Assembly: GCA_048013815.1 (NCBI GenBank)
Contig: CM106586.1
Span: 20,274,001 to 20,338,000, forward strand
Direction: 5' to 3'
Length of the DNA stretch: 64,000 bases
DNA from: Setoptus koraiensis
Taxonomy: Eukaryota > Animalia > Arthropoda
This document shows positions 62,853-64,000 of the stretch, in pieces (within the stretch, counting starts at the first letter, position 1; each line of letters starts with the position of its first letter). The position numbers and the translations under genes are program-made. The notes under the pieces were generated by a model. That model had not been told where the DNA came from and made no database searches. It worked only from the letters and a program-made list of their open reading frames with translations.

Positions 62853-63621
62853 GCTTGCTTCGGTGTGGCGACCACAATTTCAATTGACAACTCAATTAAT
62901 AATTAATTAATGAATAATTGACTGATGATTGCTTGCTCTGTTTCCGTTTGAATGACAGGCAGGTGAACTGCGATCGAGTCGACTGGGGCGAAAATTGAGA
63001 CTGGGCCAAAACTGAAACGTATCACAAAACGTCTGATCGTTGGAGAGAAAAATTTGAAATCGCGCCGATATTTATAGTCGACACATAATACAACTGAACA
63101 AATTTCACTCACTTCAATCAGCGATATTTCACAATTCAGCGATATTTCACAATTTCAGCGATATTCCACGGGCACATTTCGGCCGCATTGAGCGCCGTGT
63201 TGAGTGCGCCCGTCTGAAAACATCGCGTCTAATGTTACCGATGCGTGGCGTAAAAAAGTCAGTTTTCAAAATCCGATCGCAAGTCTCGGGCGATCCAACC
63301 ATTAGGCCACGTCTCGGCAATCTGCGGCAATTTGCTTGCATATATGTGAGCATGGCTCGCGAGTATGTATGCTACAAATGTGGAAAATTGGCAGCTTTCC
63401 GGCGCAAAAGCTGAAAATTTTCACAATCGCATGGATATAATTGGCGGTTGTTGGCGGCCAATCGCTGCCTCTTCCACCATTCCAGTGCTCGAGCTCGAAT
63501 CACGGCGCGATTTTTATTATTTTCGTTATTTTCATGCGTTGCTCGTGCGCCGGTCCAGGGGCCCGGTCGCGAGTCGCGAGCAAGCAGCGCCGAGAATCGC
63601 CTACAATTTCTGGCCCGCCGC

Positions 63622-63716
63622 AAGGTGTCCCGAGTGCCCGGCCCGACGTGAGGTGTCCCGAGTGCCCGGCCCGACGTGAGGTGTCCCGAATGCCCGGCCC
63701 AATGTGAGGTGTCCGG
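63622..63716 (+). repeat. 28-bp tandem repeat (GAGGTGTCCCGAGTGCCCGGCCCGACGT)n
   Basis: About 3.5 copies. Confidence 0.85.
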
Positions 63717-64000
63717 ACTATATAGCGGCGCGACATATAGGCTCGGCTCCCGCTGAGCGGCGCCCGTTTGTTCGCTTGTCGCGGGGGCTGTCGGGCCGTC
63801 GGGGTCAATGGAGCCGCCGGCGATCACTTGTAGCGGCGGCACTGATGCGGCGGCGGCGGCCGCGGCTGCATGCAGCGATTACATAACGTCGACTACATAA
63901 CATGTGTTGTGATTGCTGGAGTCGCACAGCGAGAGCTGTTGCATAATAATCAACGTGGCCATTAATGGGCCATATAGCACACTGGCAGTCACACTGGCAG

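Noticed and set aside
30650-63716. Tandem repeats as possible CRISPR arrays
   Set aside because: Head-to-tail repeats without unique spacers in a eukaryotic context, and no cas genes.

Overview
Eukaryotic (arthropod) genomic DNA. Dense, intron-poor genes with mostly ~85-130 nt introns suggest a compact-genome mite, possibly eriophyoid-like (inference only). Conserved genes: PPM1H-type PP2C, a divergent NMDA receptor NR1 subunit, DMAP1, a crimpled-like Ly6 protein, Uba1, a Spot14/MID1IP1 protein, MRPL41, a thioredoxin reductase ending in GCCG, EFTUD2 and a classical SDR. Between Uba1 and a secreted trypsin-like protease lies an unstable ~16 kb accessory island (17.8-34.4 kb). It holds a 625-bp hAT-type MITE with an 8-bp target-site duplication, a probable decayed hydroxy-acid oxidase pseudogene, an orphan ORF, an assembly gap and a secreted pancreatic-lipase-family gene with a duplicated last exon. 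The top candidate is six paralogous single-exon genes for a small secreted 8-Cys peptide (C-x2-C-x4/5-CC-x2-CC-x13-C-x-C) that I cannot assign to a known family. They show an almost invariant signal peptide, a variable mature region, gene conversion, a chimeric copy and divergent promoters, as expected of a toxin/effector/defence peptide family. From ~46 kb to ~62 kb the sequence is GC/CpG-rich, full of minisatellites and has no recognisable coding gene. All alignments, counts and splice models were done by eye; no database search was run.
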